Assembly (NCBI GenBank): GCA_024137785.1
Contig: JAHRHZ010000051.1
Coordinates: 12,921,427 to 12,985,426, forward strand
From: Ginglymostoma cirratum
Lineage: Eukaryota
DNA: 64,000 nucleotides
Direction: 5' to 3'
Shown: positions 39,101 through 53,149 of the stretch, one piece after another
Position numbering within the stretch: position 1 is the stretch's first letter
Layout: each line of letters starts with the position of its first letter
Notes under the pieces: generated by a model
Database searches by the model: none
The model's input: only the letters and a program-made list of their open reading frames with translations
What the model was told of the DNA's origin: nothing
Position numbers and translations under genes: made by a program

Positions 39101-40309
39101 TTTATCACCCTTAGCCATTTCTCTCACAAATCCACTTTGTGGGCAGTATCAAATAATGGTATCACTATAGTCACTTGTTATATGGATCACCAAATACTCA
39201 TTTCTGTTGATTTCATTGAAGCTGAATAGCAGTTAGGGTGTATAATGATCAACTGTTGTGATAGAACCCATTTTACATTATTGTGCAAGAATTTCTAACT
39301 CCTTGAATCCTGTTCATTTCAGTTGGGCTCGCTTAGGTAATAACATCCTTCACTATCCTTTCATAACTTGGTCCTAAACGTGATATTTTTTTTTGTCTCC
39401 GTGCCATATGTTTGAATGGATACAAATGCTATTACTTACTTTGAAATTATGCTGTTTCGGCAGCATTGAGTAAGAAACACACATAAGTACAAACTGAAGA
39501 CACCACAAATTATGAGTGAGGAAAATGCAATTAGAGGGTTGAGCAGTGATGCAACATTCTTTTGTGTCAATTTTCTGCGGCAGAAATACTGTTTTCCATT
39601 CCCAAGTCTCCAAGCAGCAAATTTCCCATTTAAACGGTGCCCTTTGGGGAAAGTCCACAGAATCATGATAAAATAGGGAAAATGAGATGGCAAGTCAATA
39701 TTTTCATATTTCCATGTCATTCTTTTCTACTCGCATATAGTATATTGTAAAGTGTTTAATGCAATTTGATGTGACCTCAGAAAATTATTTGCACCCAAAT
39801 TATATTTATGTTGAATAATGTATCAAACACAAACCACTGCAAAGGTATGCACATACATATGAAGTAAAACAAGATATGTAGGAGTAATGTTTAGGCCTGC
39901 AACCTTTTTGAGCTTTGCTGGGAATGATTGATTTTTGAAACAGATCATTTAGTAGATTATCATTAAGTAAAATAAAGGCTTCGTAAATTATAATTAGAAT
40001 GGACTACATTTTGATGATGTTGTAACAAACGAACGCAAATGTTTAATTCACACACAGTAACAAGATTAATCAGTAGAGGGCAAACATTTGAGGAAATATA
40101 TGCAAAATACATACTCAAGCCTTGTAATAATATTAACACATACCGTAACCACACCTGCATTAGCATTCAAATTCCAAATTCTTATATCAATTCAAACAAG
40201 CTATCATGCAATGTTTACTGAAGGCTACTTTAAACTTCTGTTTAAAAACTTATATTTGTGTATTTTGAATTAATCGTGACCATTGCAATATAACAAAGGA
40301 TACAATAGC

Positions 40310-40697
40310 ATAATCGTTACACTATTGGACCAATAATCCAGAGGTCGAGTAACAATTTGGAGACGTCATTTCCAATCCTGTCGCGACACCTCAAGAGATT
40401 ATGTTCTGTTAATCAGAATCTGGAATAATGCTTGCCACGCGACTACAGGATTGTCAAAAATGGACTTGATTCACAAACATCCTTCAGGGAAGGGAATCTG
40501 CCTTTTTTAGCTGGATTTGAGTGAGTAATCCAGACCCACATCAACATGATTGACACTTCACAGCTCTCTGAAACAGCCTAGCAAGGCATTTAGCTGTATT
40601 TAATGCTGCTTCCAACTACATGTTCAAAAGTAATTGAGAATGGGTAATAAATATTGGCCTCTCGAGCAATATCTTCATTCCATGAACAAATAAAAAT
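40310..40697 (+). mobile_element. tRNA-derived SINE (33432 family), decayed
   Basis: ggaccaataatccagagg...ccttcagggaagggaatctgcc...gggtaataaatattggcc...ccatgaacaaataaaaa. Confidence 0.7.
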
Positions 40698-41959
40698 ACT
40701 TGCATGTTTTCATTTAAAATTCTGTCAGTAAACTAACATAAATCAATTACAGCACTGATATATCAATGTAAGGTATTATAATTCTTGCAATAAGATCAAT
40801 GAAAATAGAATATTATTTTTCCTTTTATTTGTAGTAATTTACTGGAAAGCTTATCCTTCTGCCCAGTTGCTACTCAGTATATAATTGGAATAGCGCTGCT
40901 TTTCTTTCACAAACTCCACCCCAGGGATCAAATGAAGATTTCCAACAAATGAGAATTACTACTACTCGCTCTGTACTCATTTGTGTCAGCAAGTGCTTAC
41001 ATTTGCATTTCTTCTGAAAGGCCTCAACCTCTTTTTAAAACAAAAGGTTGGGGTTAAAGTTCACATTCTTCCGGGAGCAGAGGTTGCATTGGCGCTGCTT
41101 ACAATTCCCAAGTAGCAGCATTCTGAGCATGTGCCATGCAGTCAGTCTCCTACCATACAGCAGCAGGTGAAATGACTCTCAGGTGCTAACAGTGTTTAGG
41201 TGTGATTTAGCTACGTCTTCAAAACAAGACAGAGTAATTTTTAAGCCTGCTTAGGAGCAGATTTCCTCACAAAAACGCCCTGTACCGAAGTTATTTTTAT
41301 ATCAGATGTTTACTTAAGAGAAAAAGACAGGCTTGAATTCACAGACGGATGATTTATGGAGCCATGCTTCATTTCGTCCCTAATCAAAAGAACAGTTATT
41401 GTTTACAGAATGTTTTAGTTTAATATACACCTGCAGTGGGTAAATGAAGAACTTTTATACGCATGGTGCTTTAGAGGTCATCACAGCCAGAACTGCTAGA
41501 GGAGTTGTACGGGACTTAACATCCTGGCAAAATTCTTTTGCCTGTAAGTCCAGTTACACCCTTTTTTTTCGCTCGTATATTGTCAGCATGATATTTCCAA
41601 GGCACAGCCCACTCCACATAAAGTTAAACAAACGCCTGAAGGTAAATCTTCACCTTGTGAGAAGCTGCAAAGACTTTATTTCCAGAATTGCATCAGTCAA
41701 GTCTCGCTCCACAGTGCTCAAATTCCGATCACTGCCTGCCATGCATCACTATTACTATAACTGTCAGACCACTATGTTGGTGGTGGCTGGAGAGTTCCTT
41801 ATTTAATTGTGATGTTCCCTAGGCCCCAATGTTCACAGTCCCATTCATAGTCACTCGCTCAGATATGTTGTGTAATTGCTGTTGTCTAGCAGGCAAACAC
41901 AACAATCAGTTTGAGCACACCAAGTTTTACACTAACAACAAGTAGGCTAAGTGCCCATT

Positions 41960-42190
41960 TAGTCAGTATAGATGGTCATGGATCAGTACTGGCCCGGACA
42001 CCAGCAGAACTCCCTATTCTTTGGAAAGATTAAATGGAATTTTTTATAACTGCATCTGTAGGCTTAGACAGAGAACACTGTTTAGTGTCTCGGGTAACAT
42101 GTGTAACAATGCTGCCCTGGAGTGTCAACCGAGATTGTGTGATCAAGTTCTGGATTGAGGTTTGAATTACAATCCTGTGATTTGAGACAG
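41960..42190 (-). mobile_element. Deu-domain SINE fragment
   Basis: tactggcccggacaccagcagaactccctattctttggaa...ggagtgtcaaccgagattgtgtgatcaagtt. Confidence 0.55.
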
Positions 42191-43943
42191 TGCTTCCATT
42201 GAGGGTGGAGACTCAGGTTAACATCTTATTTCTGTGGAATGAATCAAAAAGCACACATTTCATTGCCTCTGCATAGATTTATCAGCAGCAACGTTCCACT
42301 GGCAGTATGCAGTTCTTTCTGTTTCTATGCTCAACTTTTGCTTCAACCATGGTTTAATGCCAAAATATTTTTAAAAGGCAGTAATTTTTCTATTTACAGC
42401 TGGAAACATGCCAAAATAATTTCAGAGAAGTGAGACGATATAAATTACACTTTACATGTTGATAGTTCTTATTATGTAATGAGTAGTACTTATAAAGTGA
42501 AAGAGGTATGATTGAGATTTCAAATACATTGCATGACCTGTTGAAGACGTATATTGCTGTCTTAATTGCCTGCATGAACAATAACCAGAATGATTGTGCG
42601 TCATTTCCATTTCAATGTCATTAGGCCCAAGTGACATAATTATGTGTTCGGGCATGAGTAATGTTGTTTAAATGTAATGTTTGGCAAATACAGAAGGAGA
42701 AAACATTTGTCTCACAAACTTCAACAAAATCTTTGCTTCTGTCAGCCCAAAATGACGAGAAGACGACATGCAGGTGACAAGACACCACTGGCTAGCATAC
42801 AGGAAACATTTGTGAAAACACCTCATTAGCATATGCCTCTTCTCAACTGCGGAATGTTAATATGTAATGAGCGGTTTGCTGCTGTAAAAGATCAAAACAA
42901 GGAGGTTGCAGTAAAGACCTGTTTGAATCAGCTGAAGCTAGGAATCTGGAAAGTAGCCCCCATGATTTGAGTCATTCAGATTAACCACTCCATTCTTCCT
43001 TTCATATGCTGGTTATTTCCATTTCCATATTGTCAATCGGCCCTGTTCATTGTGTGAAAAGAAACTGCATTGGAGAGAATTTTAACACCTTCCCTTCCTC
43101 ACCACCCCTCCAAACACACTCCACAAAATATGCAGTTTTGGTTTGGGGTAGAGTTTAAGGTAGACAATCTGAATTCCCAATGCCTTCAGTTTTAGCAGAG
43201 GTTGATGGTGATAGTGGGGAAGGTAGGTTGGTGCAGGCAACCAATCTCTCTGAAGTATGCTGGTAATTTGATCCAAAATTTCAAACTTAATTCTGATCAG
43301 CTGGGATTCCTAGATCCTAGTGAGTTGAGGACTGCCTTGTCGTGCCTTTCACTTAGCAGCTCGATTGAAGGTTCCTGCTCTGGCCAACGGCCCATGAGTG
43401 TCACCCTACATAACCTGCTCACTCCCACCTGAACCTGAACCTTACAATCTCCACTAATGTGATTTCCCATGTTCTGATTTGCACACCCGCCCCTAACTTT
43501 TCATCTGCAAAAGCTTCATTCCCCTGCCTTCGACATATAATCTGTTAAGTCTGCTTGTCACCTTTCTCCATCACCTTGTTCTTACCCCATCCATGGCTTC
43601 TCATTTCCAATCCCCGCTTCCACACTTTCCAGTCGACCTTCAACTACCTTGGCACCAATCTCTGATCAACCGCATTGAATAGGAGCTGTGATGAGATGAT
43701 AAAGTTTTAAGTGTTTAATACTGACTTCATTATATTAAAAAAGACACTGTTTAAAATGAATTGAATGTTAAGTCCATTCAAGTACTCAATCGTGAATAAA
43801 AATAAATATTTCTATATTTAATGTTTATATGGAAAAAAATCTCATTGTGACCACTTGAGACTCTTCATCAAACTGAAGTTACAAGCTCCCATTGTGATAG
43901 TGATACATTGTGGAAGTAATCAAGTAGAAATAACCCTAGGGTG

Positions 43944-44443
43944 GAGATAGTAGGAACTGTCGATGCTGGAGAATCTGAGATAACAAGATGTAGAGCTGGA
44001 TGAACACAGCAGGCCAAGCAGCATCAGAAGAGCAGGAAAGCTTATGTTTCGGGTCTGGACCCTTCTTTAGAAATGGGAGAGGGGAAGGGGATTCTTAACT
44101 AAATAGGCAGAAAGGGGGAGGTGGATAGAAGATGGATAAAGGAGAAGATAGGTGGAGAGGAGACAGACAGGTCAAGGAGGTGGGGTTGGAGCCAGTAAAG
44201 GTGAGTGTAGGTGGGGAGTTAGGGAGGGGATAGGTCGGTCCAGGGAGGACGGACAGGTCAAGGACGCGGGATGAGGCCAGTAGATAGGAGATGGGGGTGG
44301 GGCTTGAGGTGGGAGGAGGGGATAGTTGGGAGGACAGGTTAGGGAGGTGGGTACAAGCTGGGCTGGTTTTGGGATGCAGTCGGGGGAGGGGAGATTTTGA
44401 AGCTTGTGAAGTCAACATTGATACCATTGGGCTGCAGGGTTCC
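43944..44443 (-). mobile_element. Penelope-like element family A: ORF C-terminus and 3' terminal region
   Basis: Minus strand GTLQPNGINVDFTSFKIS (end of the GIY-YIG domain), a pyrimidine-rich 3' UTR, a mutated hammerhead core (44043-44072) and the terminus ...cctactatctc. Confidence 0.9.
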
Positions 44444-44856
44444 TCACCCTTAACAACTTCTCCTTCCATTCCTTCCACTTCCTACAGAAAAGGAGGTGGC
44501 TATGGTACCCGCATGGGCCCAAGCTATGCCTGCCTCTTTGTAGGATACGTGGAACAATCCCTGGCCCTATCCCCAACCTCTTCCTCCGTTATATCAATGA
44601 CTGTATCAGCGCCGCCTTGTGCTCCCACGAGGATCTCGAACAGTTCATCCGCTTCACTAACAACTTCCACCCCAACCTTAAGTTCACCTGGACCATCTCC
44701 GATACCTCTCTCTCCTTCCTGGACCTCTCTATTTCCATCTCTGGCAACCACCTGGAAACCGATATCTATTTCAAGCCTACCATCTCCCACAGTTACCTAG
44801 GATACACCTCCTCCCACCCAACTTCCTGCAAAAATGCCATCCCCTATTCCCAATTC
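44441..44856 (+). mobile_element. Penelope-like RT fragment, inverted relative to its 3' end
   Basis: LTLNNFSF...GTRMGPSYACLFVGYVEQSL...LFLRYIND (YIDD mutated)...FHPNLKFTWTISDTSLSFLDLSISISGNHLETDIYFKPT.SHSYL.YTSSHP.SCKNAIPYSQF. Confidence 0.92.
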
Positions 44857-44913
44857 TGTCTGTTACCCCATTGAAAAATTTCAGGGCGATGAGCTTTCAA
44901 CCAAATTGATAAG

Positions 44914-45020
44914 CAGTTTCCAACAAGAGGCCACTGACCTGAAACACTAACTCCGTTTTGCTGTCTCTCCAAAGGTACTGCCTGACCTGCTGAGCATTTC
45001 CAGAATGTTCTGTTCTTGCA
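44914..45020 (+). mobile_element. Decayed PLE family B terminus
   Basis: cactgacctgaaacactaactcc...gcctgacctgctgagcatttccagaatgttctg. Confidence 0.6.
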
Positions 45021-46219
45021 ACATGAGAAGCCTTCCAGGAGTGAACAATGCCATGCCAACTGACCAGAGAAAACCTTGTGTTGTGAATATTCCATGTGAC
45101 AGCATGTATGAAGCATTAATAATTGTGACAAAAAAGTGAAACCTTTTGTTTTAGGAGATTACAATTAATTATTTGTGGTAGCAAGCCGCATGAAGTATGA
45201 AGTTTCATATTCTCATGATCCTATCCATTATTTGAACAATTGCTTCTCATACATTTCAATAGGACAGACATGGGAAAAGAAAATGGAACAGTTACTGGGA
45301 ACTACACCAATGCTGGTAGAAAACAAAAGTTGATTTTGAACTGTTTTAATTGATGATGAAGAAGATAAGGATGGCAGAGTTGTTTAGCACAGACTTGGAA
45401 TGACTCCAATGCACAAAACAATGTGTTGTGTACTTAATGTGTTGATTTTCGTGATTGTGCGTTCGCATTTCTTTTTTGGGCTTCTTACTGAATTGTGAAA
45501 TCAGGTGAAAGAAACTAAAGTTGGCTCCAGAAATTATTTTAACAGGAGACTGTCACCACTTTATCAGCAACGTCATCTTTTATTTCAAATGAGTAACACA
45601 ATGATGTTTTCAAAGTACAACGGTGATCTTCCATGTCATGTATAGTTTGGAAGCTTTAGGAAAGAGGTTTTCCTTTGTTTTTAGCCAGGGAACATTTTTC
45701 CTTTAAAAAAGAACTGTCTTTTAAAAATGTGACAATTGTGTCTGCGTTTAGAATGAGTCCAAAATTGATGCAGAACACTTGCCCGGTTAGCTAAATTCTC
45801 TTTGATGTCAAAGTTCATCTCATAATGAATGGTGAAGAAGGCTCAAAGAGCCTCATAACTAGTTCCTAGTCCTACTTTCTGTGTTTGTGAACCTGTGCCT
45901 ACAACATTATTAATATTATTAATTAAGGAAGAATTTCCAGTTTCCAATTAAAGAGGAACCAGGTCCTAGTTTTCTGACCACTTAAGTCAGTTAGCAACTC
46001 CTTAGAGTTGGCACTTCCTAGATACAGAAATGTCTGCAGGCAGGATAAGAACAGCAACGGTGTAATTTTATCCTCTGGTTGCTATTACTACCATTTCAAA
46101 GAAAGAAGCAAAATAAATTCTGGAAAATCTGATTTCCATATATTTCAATTGAAGAAATGTCATGCAGTGTGAGAAGTATTGGTCTGTCTGATAAAAAAGT
46201 CACTCAAATCAATGAAAGA

Positions 46220-46410
46220 TTAAGGAATACTACAGCGTAGAAGGAGACCCTTTGGCCCATCTAGTCTGCACCACTATGCTTGTACAGCAGTTTGTTTAGT
46301 CCAACTACCCCATTCTTGCCCCAATCCAGTAATGTTTATTTCTTTCAAGTATTTATAGAATTCTCTTTTGAAGGCTACCGTTGAGCCTGTATCCAGCATT
46401 TTATCAATGT
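46220..46410 (-). mobile_element. CR1 3' end
   Basis: tacagcgtagaaggagaccctttggcccatctagtctgcacc. Confidence 0.5.
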
Positions 46411-46979
46411 ATCATATCAAGCTATCAAATCAATCTTGCCTGACCTGGTTTATATTATTTTATCAACATTCACCTCTGCTTGACTTTACTATTACCTCTC
46501 TCATATTGTGATCCACAGTATTTTCCTCTTGTATTTATCTGTATCTTTAAGATTTTTGGGTGCACTTCCCATTTTGAAGTTTAAGAATGGCATCATATCC
46601 CAGTCCTGAACTTCACCCCCTCTCAAAAGAAAAATTAGTTACACTCCCCGCTTTCTGTCCCTACATTGCCCCCATATTGAGTTCCAAGTGATCATGTCTT
46701 GCCTAAATCCTACCTTCAAGACTACAGAGTGCCCTTTGCTGCATTGTCAAGTCTCTACCTGGTATCTCCAGTAGTCCCTTGTGACTTGGCCTTCTCCACC
46801 AAATCTAATGTGGCCAGCCTTCAGCTGCCTGCAGTCTCAACAATACCTTCGATTGACTGGATTATGAGTAAACATGGCCCATCCCCCAGACAGACTTTGC
46901 AGGGAAACCCTGACTCACCTTGGTACCTTGGTCCACCTGAATTTGCAAGATGGCTCTGGCTGACCAACCTGTAAAGCCG

Positions 46980-47802
46980 CCTCTGATTTTGTTTAACTGT
47001 CAGGACTGACGCTGGTCAGACCCCAGGTTGGAAATGGCCCTGCTCCAAATCTACTGTGATGGACTTCCCAGACTGACTGGAGTCCACCTTCACACCACTA
47101 CCCATGCCTCCCTTTTTCCTTTCACACATGACAGCGTTTTTCATGTTCAGTGTTTGCCATGGAGACTGCTGGCATATGCATATGATGCATCACTGTGCAG
47201 TGCACTTCCCACTGTCACCTTTCCTCCTCACAGTTTCCTGCAGACACAAGGTGCCTAATTCCCTCCTATGCTATTGTGCCACATGTACCAGGAAAAGCTG
47301 CTAGCCAACCTTCCCCTCCCCAGTGGCACTTGAGAAGCTGACACTGGTGGATTCCTGGTTCCGATTTGGGCTGTGCCGTAATCCACGGAAACATCATGCT
47401 TCAGTCAACATGGAGGTGCATTTATAGAGCTTCCAGTGAAAGTAAAGAAAAGGGGCACTGGAATGATATTGGTAGAGGTAGCTGAACCTGCGTACTTACC
47501 CAGTCTGGGGGCCAGAACCCAACTTCTCAGTTACCTGCTTGGTTTAGTCGAGTCACTGAAATGCGAATATCTCAATTGGACAAAAGTTAGTCAGGAAGAA
47601 GTTAAGTCATCTCACCATCTTCAGCTGGATGACTTACTTCGACATAAAATAAAAACAAAGTACCAGAGAAAGGCTCAACAGCTCTGTATTAATTGTAATA
47701 GTTTAACTTAATAGTGAGAACCTGATTTTTGGACTCTTGCTCCATTACGTCATCATGCTCACCATCTTTCTGAACGTCCCAGGGAGGGGAAAATTCCACC
47801 CT
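46980..47802. mobile_element. Possible decayed Harbinger-type DNA element
   Basis: Ends in gggaaaattccaccc (TIR-like); faint Myb/SANT-like reading near 47440-47620. Weak support. Confidence 0.3.
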
Positions 47803-50542
47803 TGACTTTAACACCTGAACATTTTTCTCTGTTGCTGTGTTCTTGTGGAACTACCCTCTGTTGCCTTCTGCTGGCTGTAACACTGCTGAAAGGTAACCTG
47901 TCCCACTGTTGGCTTTCTCTTCGTTCTGGTGGTAGTTAAATAGGTAGCATTCTCCAGTCAAGTATTAGCACACACAAGACCTTGAACAATCATGCCAGAT
48001 AATTCACTCATCTTTGAGTACCTCACCTAAAAGCCCTGGTCAACACAGTTAACTCCCCTCTCATTGACTGTACTCTTTAACTAAGACAGTCCAGCCGCGT
48101 CAGTGAGGCTTTGGTCATTAGACCAAAGTGGAAAGAACACTTTGAAACAATACCGGCTATTGTTTGATTCCTAGTTCACTGAAATTTCCATTTAAGTCAA
48201 TATGCTGGTTATAATATCGATTACAGACTATACACCAGCCAGTTGTTAGTTCAACATATTCTGCAAGTGGAAAATCGAAGAAATAAAACCAAGATAGATT
48301 TTGCCACCCTTTTAATCTCTTACACATTGTGGAGTGCAGAGTCATCATATCATTTTGGACAACTTCTTTATGCTCCAGCTCACACTTTGAATACAACCCA
48401 CCATTATCATTATTTCCCCAACTGTTTGTGCTTCAGATATTGGATGCCAATGATCCTTTCACAACACTTTTAACACTTACTAGTTCAGTGAATGCCTTGT
48501 ATCTCCTTGCTCAAAAAGTAGCCCTATGTTACCAATTACCTGATATACCTGAGGAACATGTAGATGTGTTCCTGCCATTCATGGCTACAGTTGTGTTGTG
48601 CTAGGGGCAAATCTGTGAGTTGAACTTATGTCCTGTCCCCTGTACAGTTTTGGTTCATTTGTGGAAAACAAAAGAATGGATTTGAGCAAGGTGCTTGTGA
48701 CAGTCAAATGTTTTGGTTACATGTATTTACAATACAGATAATGACATAAATAAACTAAACAATAGCCGGTGATATCATGTTCTCTAACTCTTACTGCCAT
48801 ATTCTCAAACAGATACAATGCGCTGTGTCCCCCTGTTCAGACTGTCCAACTTAAATAGTTCAATTACCAGTTTAATGAGTAGTGCATAACATAGATGGAA
48901 CTGCAGCAAATACAAAAAGTACTTGTCATATAAATGTTTTCCCCATTAGATACTCTAAAAAGCAGATAGAAACTCAATCCCTATACAACCAATTAAAGTT
49001 ATTAAAATAGCTATTCACTTTTATTGTAGAGTGACTGTTAAAATTCAGTATTATCACAGAAAAGCATAAATCTGCTGGAGCGAAAGTGCTGAGAAGTGAA
49101 TTTTGGCTGTCTGATAATAATCACTTTTTGTGTATTAACTTAATTGATGTTAAATATTATGTAGTATTACTTTATCAGACATTAATATAAAATCTGACTA
49201 AACATTTTTTAAGAAAAAATGCTCTCTTTGAATTTAAACATGCTCTAAAACAGTTACGATCGTTGATTGTGAAGAATCACTGATGTTTATATTCGTTTGC
49301 AAGTCACTATAAAGTTTTAAAGCCATGATATTGAGAAAAATACTATGAGCAGATGTTAACTTATGAATGCATAGGCCTCAAGAAAACTGTCTTATTGTGC
49401 TTCACATTCACCTCCTCCCTTTCAATCTACTTCTCCTCTTCCTCCTTAATCCTCTCCTCCCTATTCCCCCATCTTTTTTGTTCCCCTGCTCCCTTTCCCT
49501 CCATCCTATTCCTTTTCAATTGAACTTTCTTGATTACTGTAGACCAGAAATGTTGAGTACACAGGGAAACCAATTAAAGAGCGCTGTAAGTTTCAACATG
49601 CTTCATTTTGAAATCTGTAGTGATTGCAAACAGAGGCTGAATTCCACGTATATGCAAAACAGAGCAGTCTGACCTCCAAGCCAAGCATATTTGAAATTTA
49701 AAATTCATTTAAAAATGCAATTAACTTTTTAATAATCTTAGATTGCAACAAGTTATATACACTTTTTTACATAATTTGTAAACCCATAAAGATCAGAAGT
49801 ATGAATATCGCAAACTTTAAAATAAAATTATAAAACATTGGCATTAAAGGCAGCCAGATTTAGTGGAAGATTCTAGAGTTGTAGGTTATCACAGAGACGA
49901 GCTGTTGATGCAGCAAGAGAGTAATATTGGAACCCTCAAGAAATAACAGAGCAGAGTCCAGACCAGGACTTACATGCACATGCTACTGTTCTGGGATGTA
50001 GAACATGGTGATCAAAGCAGGAGATCAGACAAAAAGCATGTTATTGACCCATAGAGTGTGGGTCAGAACCTATGGGAACCAAGGGTGCTCAGAATCTGGA
50101 CTGGGACCTACCAAAAAACACACCCTTTGGACAGCTTAGGTAAATTATAAACAATCCAGAAGCTTTTAACCAACTCCACAAAATGTTGCTTTCCAATCAA
50201 CTCAGTGAATTAGGGACCAACTTGAAGAATGGAAACTAATTTTCAGAGAAACTTTGAAGAAAGCTTGAAAACTCTCAACCGACCCAGAAATGCTCAATAA
50301 ATGCAAAGAGATGTTAAAACAACTCAGAGACTTCCGAACAACTCGGGAAAATTTCTATAACAGTTTGCAGTTTTAAGAATGTAAAGTTGCCAGATGATGG
50401 AATACTTATGCATGCCAATGTTTATAAAATGTCTGTCTCCCAAGCCCAGGTTATGAATTGATTCATCTGATTGGTGAGGCTAAAATGGTTGCTTTCATGA
50501 GTTATGCCTGCTATTACAGTAGTTGAGGTGAATAACATAGAT

Positions 50543-50695
50543 AAGGAAACTGCCATCCTTACCTGGTCTGGCCTACATATGACTCCAGACCCACAGTAAT
50601 GTGGTTGACTCTAAATTGCCCTCTGGGCAATTAGGGATGGGCAATAAATGCTGCCTGGTCAGCAACACCCACGTCCTGTGAATGGATAAAAAAAA
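50543..50695 (+). mobile_element. 3' half of the 33432-family SINE
   Basis: aaggaaactgccatccttacctggtctggcctacatatgactccagacccacag...gggcaattagggatgggcaataaatgctg. Confidence 0.85.
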
Positions 50696-50834
50696 TACAT
50701 TCATGGGATGTTTGATAAGTACAGGAGGAAGAAAGGGGTAGAAAGATGAGATGGTAGGAGGATGCTTTTACATACTGGCATAGATCATAGTTTGGACGTC
50801 TAGGTAACTAAAGAAGTAATATAACCATTACAGA

Positions 50835-51450
50835 AGTGACAATACGATGACTTTAAGAGGCATACTTTGTCTTGGTTTTTTAATGCAGAAAGGTTGAGAC
50901 AGAGGTACCGAGCAGTATGCTCAAAGTCAACAAAATTAACAGCATGTGAGGCCTTGGTGTTTTTCAAAGTTGGAACAACAGAAGCAGCCTGAATGGACAG
51001 GATCAAGCTCCCACAGAACCAGAAATTTTAGTTTTAGCTTTCTGCAGTTGCTGAGGTCTTGAAGCTGAATGTGGAAGCTCTTATTTCTCTCTCTGTTACA
51101 GCTAAAAGTTGGGATTCTCTTCCTGCTGAAGACTTGCAAATGAGACAATCAATTTTACTAAATTTACCTTTGTTAAAGGTATGTTTATGGGATGTTACTG
51201 AATTGGAATAGTTAATTAGTAGTATTTGTTATTTTCATAGAGTTATAGTTAAGGCAATGCAATTTTTTTTTTGTTTGTACTTTAACCATAGTGTAAAAAT
51301 AAAGTGCATTTTATTTAAAGTTGAGTAGTTTGACCAATCAAATTGCATCTAGAATGCAACGTTTTACACTTACCTTTAAAATAAGGAAATGTTAGAGTCT
51401 AGGCTATCTTGTTAAATATTTTAAGGGGATTTGGTCTGGCTTATAAGACA
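50835..51450 (+). mobile_element. Probable LTR
   Basis: AATAAA at ~51298 followed by a U5-like tract ending ...ggtctggcttataagaca. Confidence 0.4.
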
Positions 51451-53149
51451 TTGCCTATGTAGATGCTGAAAAGCAGAATTTATAGTCCAGTATTTCGCTT
51501 ATAGGCAGTTTCCATAGACATACTGAGCTACCCTTTGAATTATAATCAGTAATCAAATACAGATCATATCATGACATCTTGCAAAGTGTCAACTATGCCC
51601 TTTGACTGTGATATTGCCTACTGTACATTATGTGGAATAAGCACTATAGCGTCAGGATTCCTTTCTTAAATTGGTAGATTTATTTAATAACAATCCCACA
51701 GTAAGGCAGGAACAGCATGCAATGAAACAAATGAAATGAGGTGGTGGTGGATACTGTTGCAAGTTAGCATCCTAAAAATTCACATGTCATTAACTCCTGG
51801 TAAAACCTGCCAGATAGCAGTGCCATCTTTCCAGAACCTGCTTTATCACATATACATTGCAGCAGACAGACAAGGTTTCCATGCCATTTGCCCCAATTAC
51901 CAACACTAACCCAATATCTGTCATCAAAGCAACAATGTTAGAGGCTACACCATCTTGTTTGAGTTTGCTGAAACCTTGGCTGACTCTCTCTGCTGTTGGA
52001 ATGTCTTAACTTAGGATTCACCTCCCATAAGTAACTTAGAAAGCTCTGCATGACCCCAAATCTGATTATTGGGTGTCCCAGCTCTGGCTGAAGATCTTCA
52101 ACCCACTTATAAAAAGCGAACAACACAGCAACTGTTAAATTACCACTTTCTTGAACTTTTTTTGCCAGAAAGCCTTTATGTTCCACCATTGCGTAAAGAA
52201 CATCATTGCTTCACTCTTCAGACAAACTCCACAGTTTATGTCCTTCCCCATGGGGTCTGCAAGCCTAAAGGAGGGAACAATCCAATTCTGGGAAAACGTC
52301 CAAAGGTGTAGGAGCAAATTCCTTGTTCTTAGCTGGCAGTCAAATCCCTCATAACAACACAATACTCAGAACTGGAAAGGATTTTACTCAATTAACCAGG
52401 GACTCTGTACAATACCATTCACAGCACTGATTGCTTAGCAAATCAGAGACAGGAAGAGGAAAGATAAACTCATTGAAACAAAAACAATACAGAAAAGAAA
52501 AATGGTAGAAGGTGCAGCAGATTAAATTTGAATTTGAATGGAAAAGCCTCAGCAAAGAAAAGGACAGATTAGAAAAGAACAGAAGGAACAAGTTATTACA
52601 GAGTGACATAAAAATATTATCTTGATTATTTACTGCATAAGGATCTAGCTACAAGCCTATTCAAGAAATGTTATCTATTCAAACTCTACTGGAGCTCAAT
52701 AAGAATGCAAGCCAGTACTGCACAGTACAAAATACATTTAAGGAGAGTTAGTTTAAGGAACAGGTAATAGAACTGCTAGGAGTAGCATTTGGCACCAGCT
52801 GTCAGCAATAAACTTGGGCCTTCAGTGCCAGCTGCAGGTGCGTGAGTAAAAAGCATCTAGGATCAACTGCTTAAAGAACCAAGCTGTCAGACTGTCTCTA
52901 TCTCAGCAGCCTCTTTGTTTCGCTCATTGATTCTTGTCTTTATCTTGTCTTCTTGTCTTATCTTGTCAGTGCAGTGGGTGGAGGGAAGAAAAGGAAAATA
53001 ATGAGGATGAGCTGAAAGGAACCAACTATGTTTGGGAAGACTATAAATGATATTGTTGAAGATGTCAATCTTTTTCAATGTAATTCAATTGCACCTCTTC
53101 TTTGTGTGCATCCTTCATCCTATGCTCTGTCTTACAAGCCACTACAGAG

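Noticed and set aside
44095-44478. Pro/Ser-rich 127-aa ORF and G-rich tract
   Set aside because: It is the low-complexity 3' UTR of the Penelope-like element.
48109-48128. 8-bp inverted repeat ctttggtc-atta-gaccaaag
   Set aside because: A single short dyad is expected by chance in 64 kb; no supporting context.
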